Source of the DNA: Callorhinchus milii
Taxonomy: Eukaryota
Length of the DNA: 64,000 bases
Direction: 5' to 3'
Assembly (NCBI RefSeq): GCF_018977255.1
Contig: NW_024704747.1
Coordinates: 23,126,001 to 23,190,000, forward strand
Shown here: positions 40,144 through 52,953 of the stretch, piece after piece
Numbering within the stretch: the stretch's first letter is position 1
Layout: each line of letters opens with the position of its first letter
Position numbers and translations under genes: made by a program
The notes under the pieces: model-generated
Database searches by the model: none
The model's input: the letters and a program-made list of their open reading frames with translations, nothing else
What the model was told of the DNA's origin: nothing

Positions 40144-40802
40144 CTATTCAAAAAACAACAATGAATGGCGGACAGTGTAAAGGATATCATTTTCAATGGG
40201 GTTGGACCAACAGCCAACGGCTAACCACGTTCAAACACCTTTATTATGTAATCCTTTTCATTGATGGTTAATTACATAATTAAAGGCAACAACTCTATGT
40301 ACTTCAACATGGTTCACCCTTGAGTTATATCCAACCTCTGTGTTAGACACCGTCATTTATAACAATCAACATAAAATAATGCATGTGAACAAATTCTATT
40401 TATCGAGGACATCTGTTTACAAAATAGGATCAGTATAAGCATTGAAACAATGCTTATCTCCGGGTGCACACTATATTAGATAACATTTGATCTCAAATAA
40501 GAATAAACTAAAAATTATATTAGTCCCTTAGAGAGATCTCTATGAAGTGCAATGCTATAAATGAGCTAATCGATTTGAGTTTATTTTGAAACATATTCGC
40601 AAATTGGCTTAGAACTGCTCAGAAGATGGCAGTCGGTTAATTGTTAGGATTGCAAAATATAGACAAGGAAGAAGATATATGTGAACCTTGCAGAACAATA
40701 AGAGCTGAACAATGCTACAAGAATACATTTATAAAGGATAATGAACCAGGTAAGTGTTTTCCTTGGGTGGACATACATGTAAGTATGTAAGTTCTTACTT
40801 AC

Positions 40803-40856
40803 TGATATGCCAGGAGGTCCAATTCTACCAGGTGAACCAGGAAAACCACCAGCGCC
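40803..40856 (-). CDS. COL3A1: Gene A e38 helix
   Basis: 54 nt; GAGGFPGSPGRIGPPGIS. Confidence 0.92.
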
Positions 40857-41469
40857 CTGAAGAAGAAATTTATCTTCATTTTCTACATAAAAAATCCTTA
40901 CGTTGAATATAGTGCCGTAACATGAAATGATACAGTGCCTGAACATACGTTAAACCCCTGGCTTAATGGACATTAACCTCCGATACCTGGAATTTGAATC
41001 TGCCTGAAATTAAAAATAGTTTTCTTTAAATTTCTGTGGGCAGAAACTCCAGGTGTCCACCCCCATGTTGGTCTAGCTAGCCAGGATTTTAGTGTATAGC
41101 ATGTTGTCTCAAAGCAATTCATTGGATTTTATTGTAAACTGTAATGACTGTATTTGTAGGCAAACACAGGAGTGAATTTTCTCACAGCAATATCCCACGG
41201 ACAACCATGAAGTGAATGATCAATTGGATCTGGAGGACTATTGGCTGGAACACCAAGACAAATTCCCTTCTCTTTTGAACAATGTCCTCTGAAACAGGAT
41301 TGGTAAGATCTGTTATAGAACAACAACTTGAATTTATATAGCGCCCTTCATGTAGGGTAGTGTCCTGGAGTACCTTATAGAAGCTATTAGGAATTGTTTC
41401 AGGAAGTTTTGATGACCTGAGAGCAGATTGTCATGAGCAACGGAAGATAGTGATAATATCAATACTCAC

Positions 41470-41523
41470 AGGAGCACCCGAGGAGCCACGGCTGCCTTTT
41501 GGACCCGCTGATCCAGGAAGACC
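41470..41523 (-). CDS. COL3A1: Gene A e37 helix
   Basis: 54 nt; GLPGSAGPKGSRGSSGAP. Confidence 0.92.
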
Positions 41524-42076
41524 CTAGAGAAATGAATTTGGAAGTTAACAGAGATCACCGGTGATAACAATCCATTTTTCTTGAAAACTTAACCTTTTGT
41601 TATACAGTAGATGCTACTTATCCACATGGCAATTCAACAATTCAACAGGTAGAGATAAAAAGTGAGTCTGAGAAAGAGAGGCAGAAAGAGAAAGTCAGAG
41701 AGGGAGAAGGAGAGAGAGCGAACAAAGACAAAGAGATAATTCCATTTCTCTTTCTTTCACTCTCTGAAAGAAAAGATTTTGAGAGGGAGAGTTGGGGGGA
41801 GAGAGAGTGGCAGAGAGAGAAGGGCTGGCACGGTACAGTACCACAGTGACAGTTTAAGAAGAATACTTTAGGTAGCCTTGTAACCAATTTATATTTTGCA
41901 TGATGATCAATTAGCCTCACTGCTTGCTTTTACCCAGTGGAGTGGATTCTGTTCAGTGCAGATAATTGGACTGGTTCTCTTCAGTGTGCATCATCATCAT
42001 AATGACTGAATTCATGTTTAGTTCCTGTTGGATACAAGTTATTTTCCATCAGCTATTTCTGGGAATATTGGCTTAC

Positions 42077-42184
42077 CATTTGACCAGGAGACCCGCTGGG
42101 GCCAGGAAGTCCTTGAGAGCCGGAATTACCTTTTGGACCAGAATTCCCAATTGAGCCTTTTGGGCCAGCCTGCCCATCAAGACC
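42077..42184 (-). CDS. COL3A1: Gene A e36 helix
   Basis: 108 nt; GLDGQAGPKGSIGNSGPKGNSGSQGLPGPSGSPGQM. Confidence 0.92.
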
Positions 42185-42977
42185 CTGGGTTGACAAAAAA
42201 TTGTATTAGTTATGCAAATAACATCAACATTGCTTTCTTATCAAGACAAAAGATCACTGCTGTATAATTTATTGATGTTATCACTATATGTATTTTATTT
42301 TAACTAATCTTTCTAAGCTAAATTATAAGCAGATCAATTGTCCCGATGATGTGCAACCAACTACTGTTAATTGATTTTTTTCCTTTCATCAGGTTTTAAA
42401 AGGCTTAAAATAGAAAATAATAATCAAGATGATTTAAGCCTTGTAGATTAAAGAGTCTTGAAGCACTGCTGATGGCAATTGCGTACATTTAGTACCTGAT
42501 AATGAGCACTGCATATTATAACACTAATACATAGAAGCTTAACTGATCACCTACCAGCAGTAAATTGAGATATTCAATGTAATTTTATTTCAAATGTGCT
42601 AACTTAACAAGCAGCAATGAAGAGCTTTGCTATGAATAAATCAGTGTGATGATCACAGTAAAAGTCAGGTAAAAAAAACACAAGATCATGGCTTTTTATC
42701 ATGATCTGCTTTTTCTACTTTTTCAAACAGTTTATTTTATGGGACCAAAAACGTCCAACCAAAATGAAGGTGTGAAAAAGATGGACTTTTACAATGTCTC
42801 ACAATTTCACAAACTGAATAGCATTTTCACAAATTAATCAATCACCTGCAGGAAGTACAAACGGATACTGGGAGTGGGACGACGTGTGTGGTTCAGAGTC
42901 ATGGATTACTGAAGGTTTGAATTGACAAATAAAGAAGCTACTAACACACCCTTGATTTGGATCGAGTTATATTACAA

Positions 42978-43260
42978 TAAATAATCCTTGCATTTGATAT
43001 ATTGCCTTATCACGTCATTGAGACATCTCAACGTGCTTCAGGGGATATAATATAAAGTGGATTGACTGGCTATTTTGTGGATGAAATGTGGCAGCCAGTT
43101 GCCCACAGCAATGTTCCACTGACAGCAGTGGAGCGAGCCACCAATTTTATTTGGGGGATTGTTGATCAGGAAATCAGGAGAGAGAAACTCCCTTCTCTTT
43201 TTGAATAGTGCTATGGGATCTTTAACATCCACCTGAATGGGCAGATGGGATGCTATTTAG
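42978..43260 (-). mobile_element. Deu-domain SINE fragment
   Basis: ttgaatagtgctatgggatctttaacatccacctgaatgggcaga (Deu core, reverse) followed by an (ATT)-type tail. Confidence 0.7.
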
Positions 43261-43606
43261 CCCATTTTTGTGTTTAGGCTTTTGTTCCTCCAAAAAGACA
43301 TTGATCCCAATCCCAATTCCTTGCTCTTTCCCCAGGTATGTGAATACCTTTCCACTGCATTGTACATTTCCTTTTGAATGCTCCAATGCCCTCTGCTCTG
43401 GTAGTCAGTGGCGACAAATCAATCTATGCCCTGACAACCTTCTGGGAGAAGAAGTTCTCATTTTACTTCTAGTCACAATCTTGAATCCATACTCTTTTGC
43501 ATTGAATTTCTTGAATTCTCTAGTAGCAGAAAGGGCTTTTCCATGATTAATTCCTCACACCCTTTCATTATCTTAAACAAATTAAAGCAAAGCAGGCGAT
43601 ACTCAC

Positions 43607-43660
43607 TGGAGTCCCAGGAAATCCACTAGGTCCTTTGGAACCAGGTTCTCCTCGTTCACC
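43607..43660 (-). CDS. COL3A1: Gene A e35 helix
   Basis: 54 nt; GERGEPGSKGPSGFPGTP. Confidence 0.92.
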
Positions 43661-44096
43661 CTAGAAATAAACAATTGAACGTATTCTTAAAGATTATGCT
43701 GTGTAATCTTTAAGAATAAAATGTTACAAACAGCATGGTGTTCATATGTGCTTAATCAATGGGGGAAGACAAACACCAATGGAAACATTAACAGTATTGA
43801 AAGTTAATCATGTTGTCATTTACTCTTGAGCATTTGTGTTACATTTCCCACCATAAAAATCAGAATGGTTAAATTCTCACGCTAAGAATAGTTGAGTAAC
43901 CTTTCTTAATTCCATTCATTTCTTAATCCCACTCTCTCACTGTAGTTGGAAGACCTTTTTATTTTAGGCGTGGAACTCCGCCTGAACTAAGGTTAGATAC
44001 TGTTTCAAAAAGGATAACATTCAAGATAACATTCAATATTCACTGCTGATTATTTTCAACATTCATTCAGTTTACTCCCAAGCAAGCTGTACTCAC

Positions 44097-44150
44097 AGGA
44101 CTGCCACGAGCACCAACAGGGCCAGGACCACCAGCAGAGCCAGGCTCACC
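44097..44150 (-). CDS. COL3A1: Gene A e34 helix
   Basis: 54 nt; GEPGSAGGPGPVGARGSP. Confidence 0.92.
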
Positions 44151-44534
44151 CTGGGCAGGGAAGGAAACGAGAGCAAGAAAAAATTAAAAAGTTATAGTTT
44201 AAAAAATGAGACTGTCGCCAACATGTATATATCTGATTTGATCTTCGATAGATCGAAGAACAAAATCAGTAACAAATATTTCACAGCTTTTGTTCCAAAG
44301 AACGGTATATGAACACCAATTGATCCCCCAATTAAAGTAAATGTGTCTTCAGTGCAGATCAATAGATACAACCAGCATACAGGATTCATTGTGTTTGCTA
44401 TTCCTTAGGTGCCTTATTTTAACCTGCCATTAAAACTCTATATATTTTTTCAACTGTATTCAATTTACAGGCGGTAAATGGCAACTGATGTTTACTCGAG
44501 AAAAATAATATCAACATATGAAACAAAAAGTTAC

Positions 44535-44588
44535 TCTTTGTCCTATGGATCCATGTTGTCCTGGTAAACCGGTAGGACCTTGGGAACC
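44535..44588 (-). CDS. COL3A1: Gene A e33 helix
   Basis: 54 nt; GSQGPTGLPGQHGSIGQR. Confidence 0.92.
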
Positions 44589-44681
44589 CTAGGTGAGAAG
44601 AGGAAACGATAAATATTTGAGTCGTAAATCATACAGGTAAATAAATGTAACCAATAGATAGTTATTTTACAGCGTGCTTAC

Positions 44682-44735
44682 TCTACTACCATCTTTGCCA
44701 GGCATGCCATCAGGACCTCTAGTACCAAGTTCTCC
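44682..44735 (-). CDS. COL3A1: Gene A e32 helix
   Basis: 54 nt; GELGTRGPDGMPGKDGSR. Confidence 0.92.
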
Positions 44736-44806
44736 CTGTCAAGAGTGAAAAGATCTTTGTGAGAAACATAGTTAAAGACCTTTTCAACACAATAGCGCAG
44801 AACACT

Positions 44807-45038
44807 AAAGTAAAAACAGAAGTCGCTGGGAACACGCAGCAGGTCAGGCAGCATCTATGGAGAGAGGAAAATGAGTTAATGTTTCAGGTTGATAACTTTC
44901 TCCCAGTTCTGCTGAAAGGTTATCGACCTACAACATTAATTTCCTCTCTCCATAGATGCTGCCTGACCTGCTGCGTGTTCCCAGCGATTTCTGTTTTTAT
45001 TTCAGATTTCCAGCATCTGCAGTATTTTGCCTTTAGTT
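44807..45038. mobile_element. Palindromic Penelope-like insertion with 14-bp target-site duplication
   Basis: About 60-bp inverted arms with 1 mismatch (44811-44870 and 44940-44999); flanked by tagcgcagaacact at 44793-44806 and 45039-45052. Confidence 0.8.
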
Positions 45039-45089
45039 TAGCGCAGAACACTGTATACTCAATAGAAGCTAAATGAAAAGCACACTTAC

Positions 45090-45197
45090 TTTTTCACCTT
45101 TAACACCTTGGTCACCTGGACCTCCCCTTTCACCTGGCATACCTTGCAATCCTGAAGCTCCTATTGAACCTGGAGGACCTGCAGGCCCAATGGGACC
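45090..45197 (-). CDS. COL3A1: Gene A e31 helix
   Basis: 108 nt; [36 protein letters not shown]. Confidence 0.92.
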
Positions 45198-45275
45198 CTG
45201 ATGAAGAGAAATAGCAATGTGATACAGAATCACTCAATGTTTGCATGATCAAAGATTTCTTGAAGGATAACGTAC

Positions 45276-45374
45276 CTTGGATCCTGCTGGTCCACTAGAA
45301 CCAGGAAAACCTCGTAATCCTGAAGGTCCTGGAAGACCCTGGACTCCACGTTCACCTGAATTGCCAGCCTCACC
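45276..45374 (-). CDS. COL3A1: Gene A e30 helix
   Basis: 99 nt; GEAGNSGERGVQGLPGPSGLRGFPGSSGPAGSK. Confidence 0.92.
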
Positions 45375-45461
45375 CTGCGGTTCAAAGTTTGAGAACTAAG
45401 TCATGCAATCTCTTCAAATGACATTGATTTGTTTACCAAATACAAAAGGATTTGGACTTAC

Positions 45462-45506
45462 TTTGGAACCTGATGGACCCGGGAGACCATTTGTACCAGA
45501 GGGACC
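45462..45506 (-). CDS. COL3A1: Gene A e29 helix
   Basis: 45 nt; GPSGTNGLPGPSGSK. Confidence 0.92.
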
Positions 45507-45826
45507 CTGTTATAAAGGAAAAACAGCAGAGGTAAGTCCAGTCTGGAAAAATGAACACAGTTCTGAAACCCCGTTTTATTAACGTAAATGCACAGTAACT
45601 TTAAATGGTAGTCGTGACTAACACAATGTTCCTTTTGCAGCTTATCACTGTTTCCTTGGAAGAATGCAGATAGTGACAAGTAAACCCATAGGTTTCATCC
45701 AAGAGCAGTATCTCAGACAACATCAATCAGTAACTTTGAAAACAATGTCCAAACATAAAAGCAAAAGCAATTTACTCAACTATCTTTCATCTATGGTTTG
45801 TTTAAAACTCGTGAATGTTGACTTAC

Positions 45827-45880
45827 TGGATCCCCAGGCTTGCCGTTTTCACCAGGAGGACCTGAAGTACCAGTTAGACC
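45827..45880 (-). CDS. COL3A1: Gene A e28 helix
   Basis: 54 nt; GLTGTSGPPGENGKPGDP. Confidence 0.92.
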
Positions 45881-46091
45881 CTAACAACCAAAGAAAGAAA
45901 AGTTGCAGTCAAGTCCACAATCACTGAAGCAAATCTTTAATAGAATCCACTTTAATTCTGGTTGTTATTGCTAGCCATTCCTGTAACATGAAATCTAGCT
46001 AGCAACCGTTTGTTAATGCTCTAACAATATGTAAACAATTACTGAGTCAATCATTAGGGCCTTTATACTAAGTCAACCAAACTAGATGTAC

Positions 46092-46145
46092 CTGGAATCC
46101 TGGAGAACCTGGAGCCCCTGGCTCTCCTCGTTCACCAGTCGGTCC
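46092..46145 (-). CDS. COL3A1: Gene A e27 helix
   Basis: 54 nt; GPTGERGEPGAPGSPGFQ; GAG acceptor. Confidence 0.88.
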
Positions 46146-46745
46146 CTCGGGAAAAAAGATATTATATCATAATCACTGTGTTTTAATCCAAGTCATACTT
46201 TGTATTGCTGTACACGTAGGAGTTTATCTAATATGTGACAAGTTTAAAGACTCTATAAAGCATCTCCCGATCAGAAATTAAGAATACGGCATCTTCTTGT
46301 TGACTGTCGTTTAAATGAATGTCATTGTTAAACTTATGGAAATAAGATTTCCCCATTGTTATATATCAGTCGAGGAAATGGAAATGATTCCCTTTGCAAC
46401 ATACGATAGGGAAGAGCATAAAGGGAAAGAACAAATGATATTAGTGTCCAAATTACAGGTACCCAAGTCATGTAATTGGAAATTCTTTATAATAACTGCA
46501 CGTATGCCACACCAACCCACAGGAACTCAGCTCAAATACAAAGTATTTCTGCAATGAGGTCAATAGGAATTCTAACATGATTGCTTATTAAGGAAACTAG
46601 ATATTTTCTTAATTTATTTACAGTATAACATTCTAAAATGTACACTTTTATTAGGATGGAGATACAAGCATAATTTATACTTTAAAAATACATAAAACAT
46701 TTTGTTTTAAAGGCAAACATTTTGAGAAATTAATGCTGTACTCAC

Positions 46746-46799
46746 CGAAAGTCCGCTGGGACCAGGAAGACCAATATCACCACTTTTGCCTGGTAGACC
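46746..46799 (-). CDS. COL3A1: Gene A e26 helix
   Basis: 54 nt; GLPGKSGDIGLPGPSGLS. Confidence 0.92.
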
Positions 46800-47151
46800 C
46801 TGTTGATACAGTTTACTTTTAATATTAATAATAATGATCCTTACATTTGATATAGCACCTTATCACATCTTGAAGACGTCTCAAAGTGCTTCACAAAATA
46901 TACTGCAAAGCGAATTGCCCATTTATACAGCCATGTACCACAAACAGTCGTGGATTAAGTGACCAAATTATTATTATTATAAAAATTGAAGAGCTTATTA
47001 CCCCTGGAAAATTATTCACAAGATAGATTTATTTCTCATATTAAAGATGGAAGAAAATTGAGCAAAAAATATTAAATATTAAAAAGCAACTTTGCATTTA
47101 ATATTCCGCAATCACATCTTGTCTTTAGCCATTAATAAAATATGTACTTAC

Positions 47152-47205
47152 TCGGACACCAGCTGATCCCTGAGGACCTCTCTCACCATTCTTGCCAGAT
47201 TGACC
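47152..47205 (-). CDS. COL3A1: Gene A e25 helix
   Basis: 54 nt; GQSGKNGERGPQGSAGVR. Confidence 0.92.
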
Positions 47206-47439
47206 CTTGAGTGAAAGAAGAGTTTCGATTTAAATATTGCTCGCACTGTGTTCAAAAGTAATTTCATCAGGCTTTGCTTGTTTGTTGCTCAATTGATTGT
47301 GAAGGATGCTAAAGATTACAACCAGAAAATGATAAACACAATCTTTTGGGGGGAAATTTCAGGAAATCTCCCAAGATTAGAGTGAATGGAATTACCCACA
47401 TTTCACAGGAATTTAGAAACATGGTTGAAGTGTACTTAC

Positions 47440-47538
47440 ATCACCACCCCTTGGGCCAGGAAACCCCATCACCCCTGGTTGTCCTCTTGAACCTGGTCTA
47501 CCATCAGGACCTGGACCACCCCTCTCACCAGATAGACC
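47440..47538 (-). CDS. COL3A1: Gene A e24 helix (vWF/DDR/SPARC site)
   Basis: 99 nt; [33 protein letters not shown]. Confidence 0.93.
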
Positions 47539-47799
47539 CTGGTAATAAAAGCAAGATGATTTGACAAGGATAATAATCTCTTTATCCCCCAGACTCCTAC
47601 TGCTTTTTTCTCTCCACACAAAACGTAAAATTCTTCTTGTATGTAACATATTGCAACACTTCAATACAATTCAGACAGGATTTTCATACATGTAACCTAT
47701 GTGCGGAAGGTAAATGGCTCTAGTAGAAGTGTTGTCTTGCAACTAACTAAACGTTAAACATGCATGGCAGGCTCGGAGGAGTGCTTGATAACATAACAA

Positions 47800-47977
47800 A
47801 ACAATAATAAATTGGTCATTTTCAATTCACAACTATTTGTGGGACACTGCTGTGCGCAATTGCTGCCGCGTTTTTCCCACAAATATACAGTCAATTCACT
47901 TTACAGTCTATTCTGTGAAGCGCTTTGAGACGTCGAGAAGACGTGAAAAGCGCTATATCAAATGCAAGGATTATTAT
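47800..47977 (+). mobile_element. 5'-truncated tRNA-SINE
   Basis: Matches the 3' half of 11366-11687. Confidence 0.8.
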
Positions 47978-48390
47978 AAGAGGGAATATGGACTAAAGCA
48001 AAAGTTTCCCAAAACAAATTCAGCAATATCAGTGACTAAGAATCCAAGAGTTGATGCTTCATTTATTTCTGCAGTGCAGCATTCTAACAATAATAACGTA
48101 TTAAACAGCTGAATTGTATTTAAACATGTGATGCGATTTGAACATACAATCTAAAAAATGCGCTTACAAATTGCTTTGGTTTTCTTGAAGTAACAATGGG
48201 TCCTGCACATTATAAAACAAATTTTACATTGCAGTTCTATTTTTAGCCAGGATAGAAATCGCATGTTCAATGGCATAAATGGACTACAATATAGAGCAGG
48301 AAGTGTACACTAGCTTTGTTTTTCTGGCACTTGACTGTTGAGACTGAAGTAACTTTGCTTCAGTAGTATATTGGTGACACATCACCAAAC

Positions 48391-48757
48391 AATAATAATA
48401 ACAATAATATTCCTTGAATTTGATATAGCGCTTTTCACGTCTTCTAGACGTTTCAAAGCGTTTCATAGAATATACTGCAAAGTGAATTGACTGTACATTT
48501 GTGGGCAAAACGCGGCAAGCAAGTGCGCTCAGCAATATCCTCCCAACGTGAAAGGCGCTCTATAAATGAAATCTTGTTGTTGTTGTTGTCCTGCAAACAG
48601 TCTTGGATTGAAGTGACCAATTTTTTCTTTTTTTCTTGAGGGATTATTATCAGGCATGTGGAGTAAGGAAACTTGACCAAGGTTTTGACCTGCCAGGAAT
48701 CGAACCCAGATCTCTCGCTTGCGAAGCAAGTGCTCTAAGCACTGAGCTACACAAGTC
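48391..48757 (-). mobile_element. tRNA-SINE with nested inverted L2 tail at about 48527-48590
   Basis: SINE head and tail on the minus strand; insert cgtgaaaggcgctctataaatgaaatct(tgt)n on the plus strand. Confidence 0.75.
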
Positions 48758-48983
48758 CACAAACAACTAATTTCGAAGAATTTCATTCAATGCTAGTGGA
48801 GTCCAGTGCTCCTTATGTTTGAGTGCAACTATTCTCAAGTAAGAAAACTATTACTTGGTTTGTAAAAAGCAATGAATGAAAACGGTAGTTTAAAACTCCA
48901 AAACACCAACCAACAGAAAGGCAAATATGAATCCATTTGTCACACTACCAGAATACATCCACAGAAGGTCTGTTGGAAATTAC

Positions 48984-49037
48984 CTGTGGTCCAGGTAGAC
49001 CACCTTTTCCTGCGTGTCCTGGACTTCCTTGTATTCC
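48984..49037 (-). CDS. COL3A1: Gene A e23 helix
   Basis: 54 nt; GIQGSPGHAGKGGLPGPQ. Confidence 0.92.
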
Positions 49038-49151
49038 CTAGAATAAAAACAGGGTCGGGGAGAATTAAACACTCTTAACCAATGTTAGTACAAATGAGGG
49101 CTTCCAATGTTTTAAACGTGTTAAAACTTTTAGATGTGAAGATTTTCTTAC

Positions 49152-49250
49152 TCTTTGCCCAGGGATGCCAGGATCTCCAGGGCGTCCTGAATCACCAGAG
49201 CTACCTTTAGGACCAGAAGGACCGGGTAATCCAATGCTTCCAGCAGGACC
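49152..49250 (-). CDS. COL3A1: Gene A e22 helix
   Basis: 99 nt; GPAGSIGLPGPSGPKGSSGDSGRPGDPGIPGQR. Confidence 0.92.
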
Positions 49251-49350
49251 CTATCAAGAATGCAATTGGATTACCATCAGACAGTAGATAGTGCTGAAAA
49301 TTAACAGTATTTCAACAAGATTAATTGAAGACAAAAAAAGATCTTCCAAC

Positions 49351-49404
49351 CTTTTCACCAGGAAGTCCACCGGGACCTGGAATTCCATTCATCCCAGGTG
49401 ATCC
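49351..49404 (-). CDS. COL3A1: Gene A e21 helix
   Basis: 54 nt; GSPGMNGIPGPGGLPGEK; weak donor GTTGGA. Confidence 0.9.
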
Positions 49405-49504
49405 CTAAAACAGGAGAACAGAAGATCAGAGGACAATTACAATATTATGCAATGCTGTTGATATAACTGTGATTACAATCTGACATTTTATGTCAATAAA
49501 TATA

Positions 49505-49854
49505 TAATCCTTGCATTTGGTATAACGCCTTATCATGTCTTCGAGACGTCTCAAAGTGCTTCACAGAATTTACTGTCAAGCGAATTGATGGTATATTTTG
49601 TGGGCGAAATGCGGCAGCCAATTGCGCACAGCAGTGTCCCATAAACAGTCGTGGATTGAGTGGCCAATTTTTTTAAAAAGAATTATCACCCCGGAAATGC
49701 AAAATGCCAATCAAAACAACCGGGTTCCTACTTACTGCTAGGTGAACAGAAGCATGTGGAGTAAATAAACTTGCCTAAGGTTTCACCCCGGGAATCGAAC
49801 TCGGGTCCTCTCGCTTGCGAGGCGAGTGCTCTAACCAGTGAGCTACAGGAATCC
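49505..49854 (-). mobile_element. tRNA-SINE, full length, long subtype
   Basis: Head, cacctagcagtaagtaggaacccg block, core and tail all present. Confidence 0.85.
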
Positions 49855-51732
49855 AATGGATGTTATCTTCCCTTCTCATAGAAAGGTAGAGTTAGAACAT
49901 CCATCTGAACAATGGACTATAGGCTTATCCTGGTGAAATGCAACATTATTGGTCCAAAAAATTAGACACTGAATTGGACACCACTGGATCTGCCTTCAGG
50001 TGATCAATAACCAGAATCGAAACAGCATGATACAAATTATACAATTTCATGCATTAAATGTTTCAAAAGAATTTTATATTGATCCATATGCATTCTATGG
50101 GTGGGCAACGTTTTTACACAAAAAGTGCATCTTTCATAATTTATTAAACTGTTAAAATGAATCAAGGACCCGGGTTTCATTCAGTGCATGCATGTAATTA
50201 TATTCATAATATAGAGTTTCAGCAAGTCAGCGTGATTGCTTTCAGTACACAAACTTTAAGAGGCAAAGTCAGGGAATGAAGAAAGAGCACTGGGTCATTA
50301 AGCTGCTCCTTCCACAACAAAAAGTTATTCCTGTTACTGGCTTCATCCCAATTACTTTATTTTCTGGGGGAAAGTATTAAATCAATAGCTGCTGAACCAC
50401 AAAGGCAATCAAGCAGATATTGCAACATATTTATCCATTTCCAGATGTGTCCTGTACAACCCTACCATCTTCCCTTCCCAGAAAATGGTACCAGCTCCCA
50501 CCCCACACATTCCGCAATTTCATTACCACAGAAATCATTGCATCTGGTTGAGAATTTGTTCATTTCAGCCTGCACTTTACGCTTCTAACATTGTTCTCAA
50601 GCAGGTTAACATATCCTCTTTGTTTGTATGAAGGACTTAAATTGCTAAGGGGTTGTTCTACATATCCATTGCGTCACCGCTCTTGAGTTCCAGGTGATCT
50701 TCTATGAATTGTTATTTGCCAGGCAGATTTTCTGCTTTGATCAACACAGTGTTTTATTGAGAAATGCCATACATTTTTCTGGATAATGGGATGCTTAGAG
50801 GCACTCTGGCTTCATGAATAAAGTGCTTGCAAGCCCTTTATATTTGAAGAGAAGTGTAAACATTTAACTTAATTTCTTTCATTTGATTTTGAAGGTATGC
50901 AAATTACATTATTTAAACCATTGTGCGTGAGTTTGCAAACAAATGGAAGAAGAAAAGTTTGCCAAATTCTTTCAACCAGAACCCTTCACCTTTCAATGTT
51001 GTTCCATAAGTATAGCAACAAGTCTTTGACCAAATCCTGTGACCTGGCTTCTCTCACTCATTCGCTATTCAATGTCCCTATTCATTCTCGGAGTGTTACT
51101 GTGATTAACTCGGCAATAATGAAAACAGCAATCTCCAACTTTCATGTTTAAGCTGTGGTAAAAGATAAAGTCACTGCTCAGAACTGCCTTTTACATCAAC
51201 TACAAATATGACAAGAGAGGACAGTATCAGCACACTAATGCACTGCAGTTGTCCTGCTGTGCGATGCTCCTTAAGTTCGAGTGTAATTAAGTGTGAGACA
51301 ACTTCCTATTTTCTCACCAGTACTCTAATGGTCTCTTTTGTGCTTCACTCTCACAAGAAGATTGGGGTCAAATTTACAGTCCACGTAATACTGATCACAT
51401 TGAAAGGCTGTAGCATCCACATCTCTCCCCATCCATCTTAATACCATCCACAATGCTGATCCTTGAGGAAGGCAGGTCACAGGGTTGTTGAATGACTAAT
51501 CTTCAATGAGACACCACTAACTGAAGGCCACAATCAAAGGTCAAAATCCGTGAGCTCGGTGACCAGTTCCAATGGGATCTTGCTTGTTAGATGTTGCCAT
51601 TAAGCAGTCCCCAGTGGGGGGGTGGGCAGGGAGGGTTTACCACAAGTCTATTTGATTTAAACATTACATGAACCAAAACTTTAACTCTAACGTCTTTTCT
51701 TAACTCATGACATGAAGAAGGTCTTTTCTTAC

Positions 51733-51840
51733 CCTCTCACCAGGAAGACCATTTGGACCAGAAGACCCTTTCTCACCAGGTGGACCTGCTTTACCTTCTT
51801 CTCCAGAAGAACCAGGGACACCTGGAGTTCCAGTTGCACC
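51733..51840 (-). CDS. COL3A1: Gene A e20 helix
   Basis: 108 nt; GATGTPGVPGSSGEEGKAGPPGEKGSSGPNGLPGER. Confidence 0.92.
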
Positions 51841-52364
51841 CTAGAAACAGGTAATATAATTGTCTTAAAATGAGTTGAATTTGAATACACATAAATACAT
51901 GTCACTCATGATTTAACCATTCGTTTGTTCAGCCATTAATAGAGCAAGGAAACTTGCGGAATGGAAAAATTCTAATTAATCCTAACGTTTCATATCGTGC
52001 CGTATTGCGTTTCCAAAACAAGGGATTTCACGATAAAGAGTTGTAACTGTATATTTGTATATTGTATATTTGCTTACAGTAAGCAAAAACAACAGCTAAT
52101 TTGCTTTAGGCTCATGTATCTTGATTGAATGCTATGTTTTACACAAGAAATAACTGGACCCTGTCTCTTTTGGCAGGATTCATGCCTCTTATTCAGTAGA
52201 TTGGTGCTGATTGACTGAACTAACAATGGCAGTGGTTATTAAGAAAGAGTAGTTACACTCAGAAGAAAACTTCCAATAAAGCTTAATTGTTTTGTTAAGC
52301 ACAAAGCAACAAAAAGATTAAACTTACAAAGAACTATAAATTTTCTCAGGAGCATAGTCACTAT

Positions 52365-52800
52365 AACAATGACTTGCATTTGTATAGTGCCCTTCATGTG
52401 GGGTAGTGTCTCGGAGTGCAAAACAGTAGCGGAGCCTGATGCCGAACCGGAGGGAGGGAGGGAGGAGGTGACCGGAAGCAAGGTCAAAGAGGAAGTTCTT
52501 CAAGTGTGATCTGAAAAAGGGGAAGGAAGGGGGAAAGGCGGAAGGAGAATTCCAAAGTTTCAGGGCGTAGTGGCTGGTGGAGCAGAGGAGATGAGGTACA
52601 AGCAGGAGGCCGGAGCCAGCTGAGTGAGGTGGCAGATGTTGGAGTGGGGAGAAAGCAGGCCGGAGATGTAGGGAGGTGCCAGAGCGTGAAAGTATTTGTG
52701 TGTGGTGTGTGGATCTTGAAGTCAATCCATTTTGTGATAGGGAACCAGTGGAACTTGGAAAGGACTGGTGTGCTGGGGGATACAGAGCTTAGAGCGTGTG
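52365..52800 (-). mobile_element. L2-type LINE 3' fragment
   Basis: PVLSKFHWFPITKWIDFKI and LWNS remnants of the L2 ORF2 C-terminus plus tail. Confidence 0.7.
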
Positions 52801-52899
52801 AGTATGAACTAGTTGAATTTTGTGGATAACTCTTTTGAAAGTTCAATCCTTGAACTAATATTCCTAATTTAAAAATGGTACAAAATAACAAGGACTCAC

Positions 52900-52953
52900 A
52901 CTTTCACCCTTGGAACCAGGACTGCCATTTGCTCCAGGTTTGCCACTTTCACC
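52900..52953 (-). CDS. COL3A1: Gene A e19 helix
   Basis: 54 nt; GESGKPGANGSPGSKGES. Confidence 0.92.

Noticed and set aside
34414-47564. Plus-strand ORFs overlapping collagen exons (e.g. 34414, 34659, 39890, 42028, 47346)
   Set aside because: These are antisense shadows of stop-poor Gly-X-Y codons.
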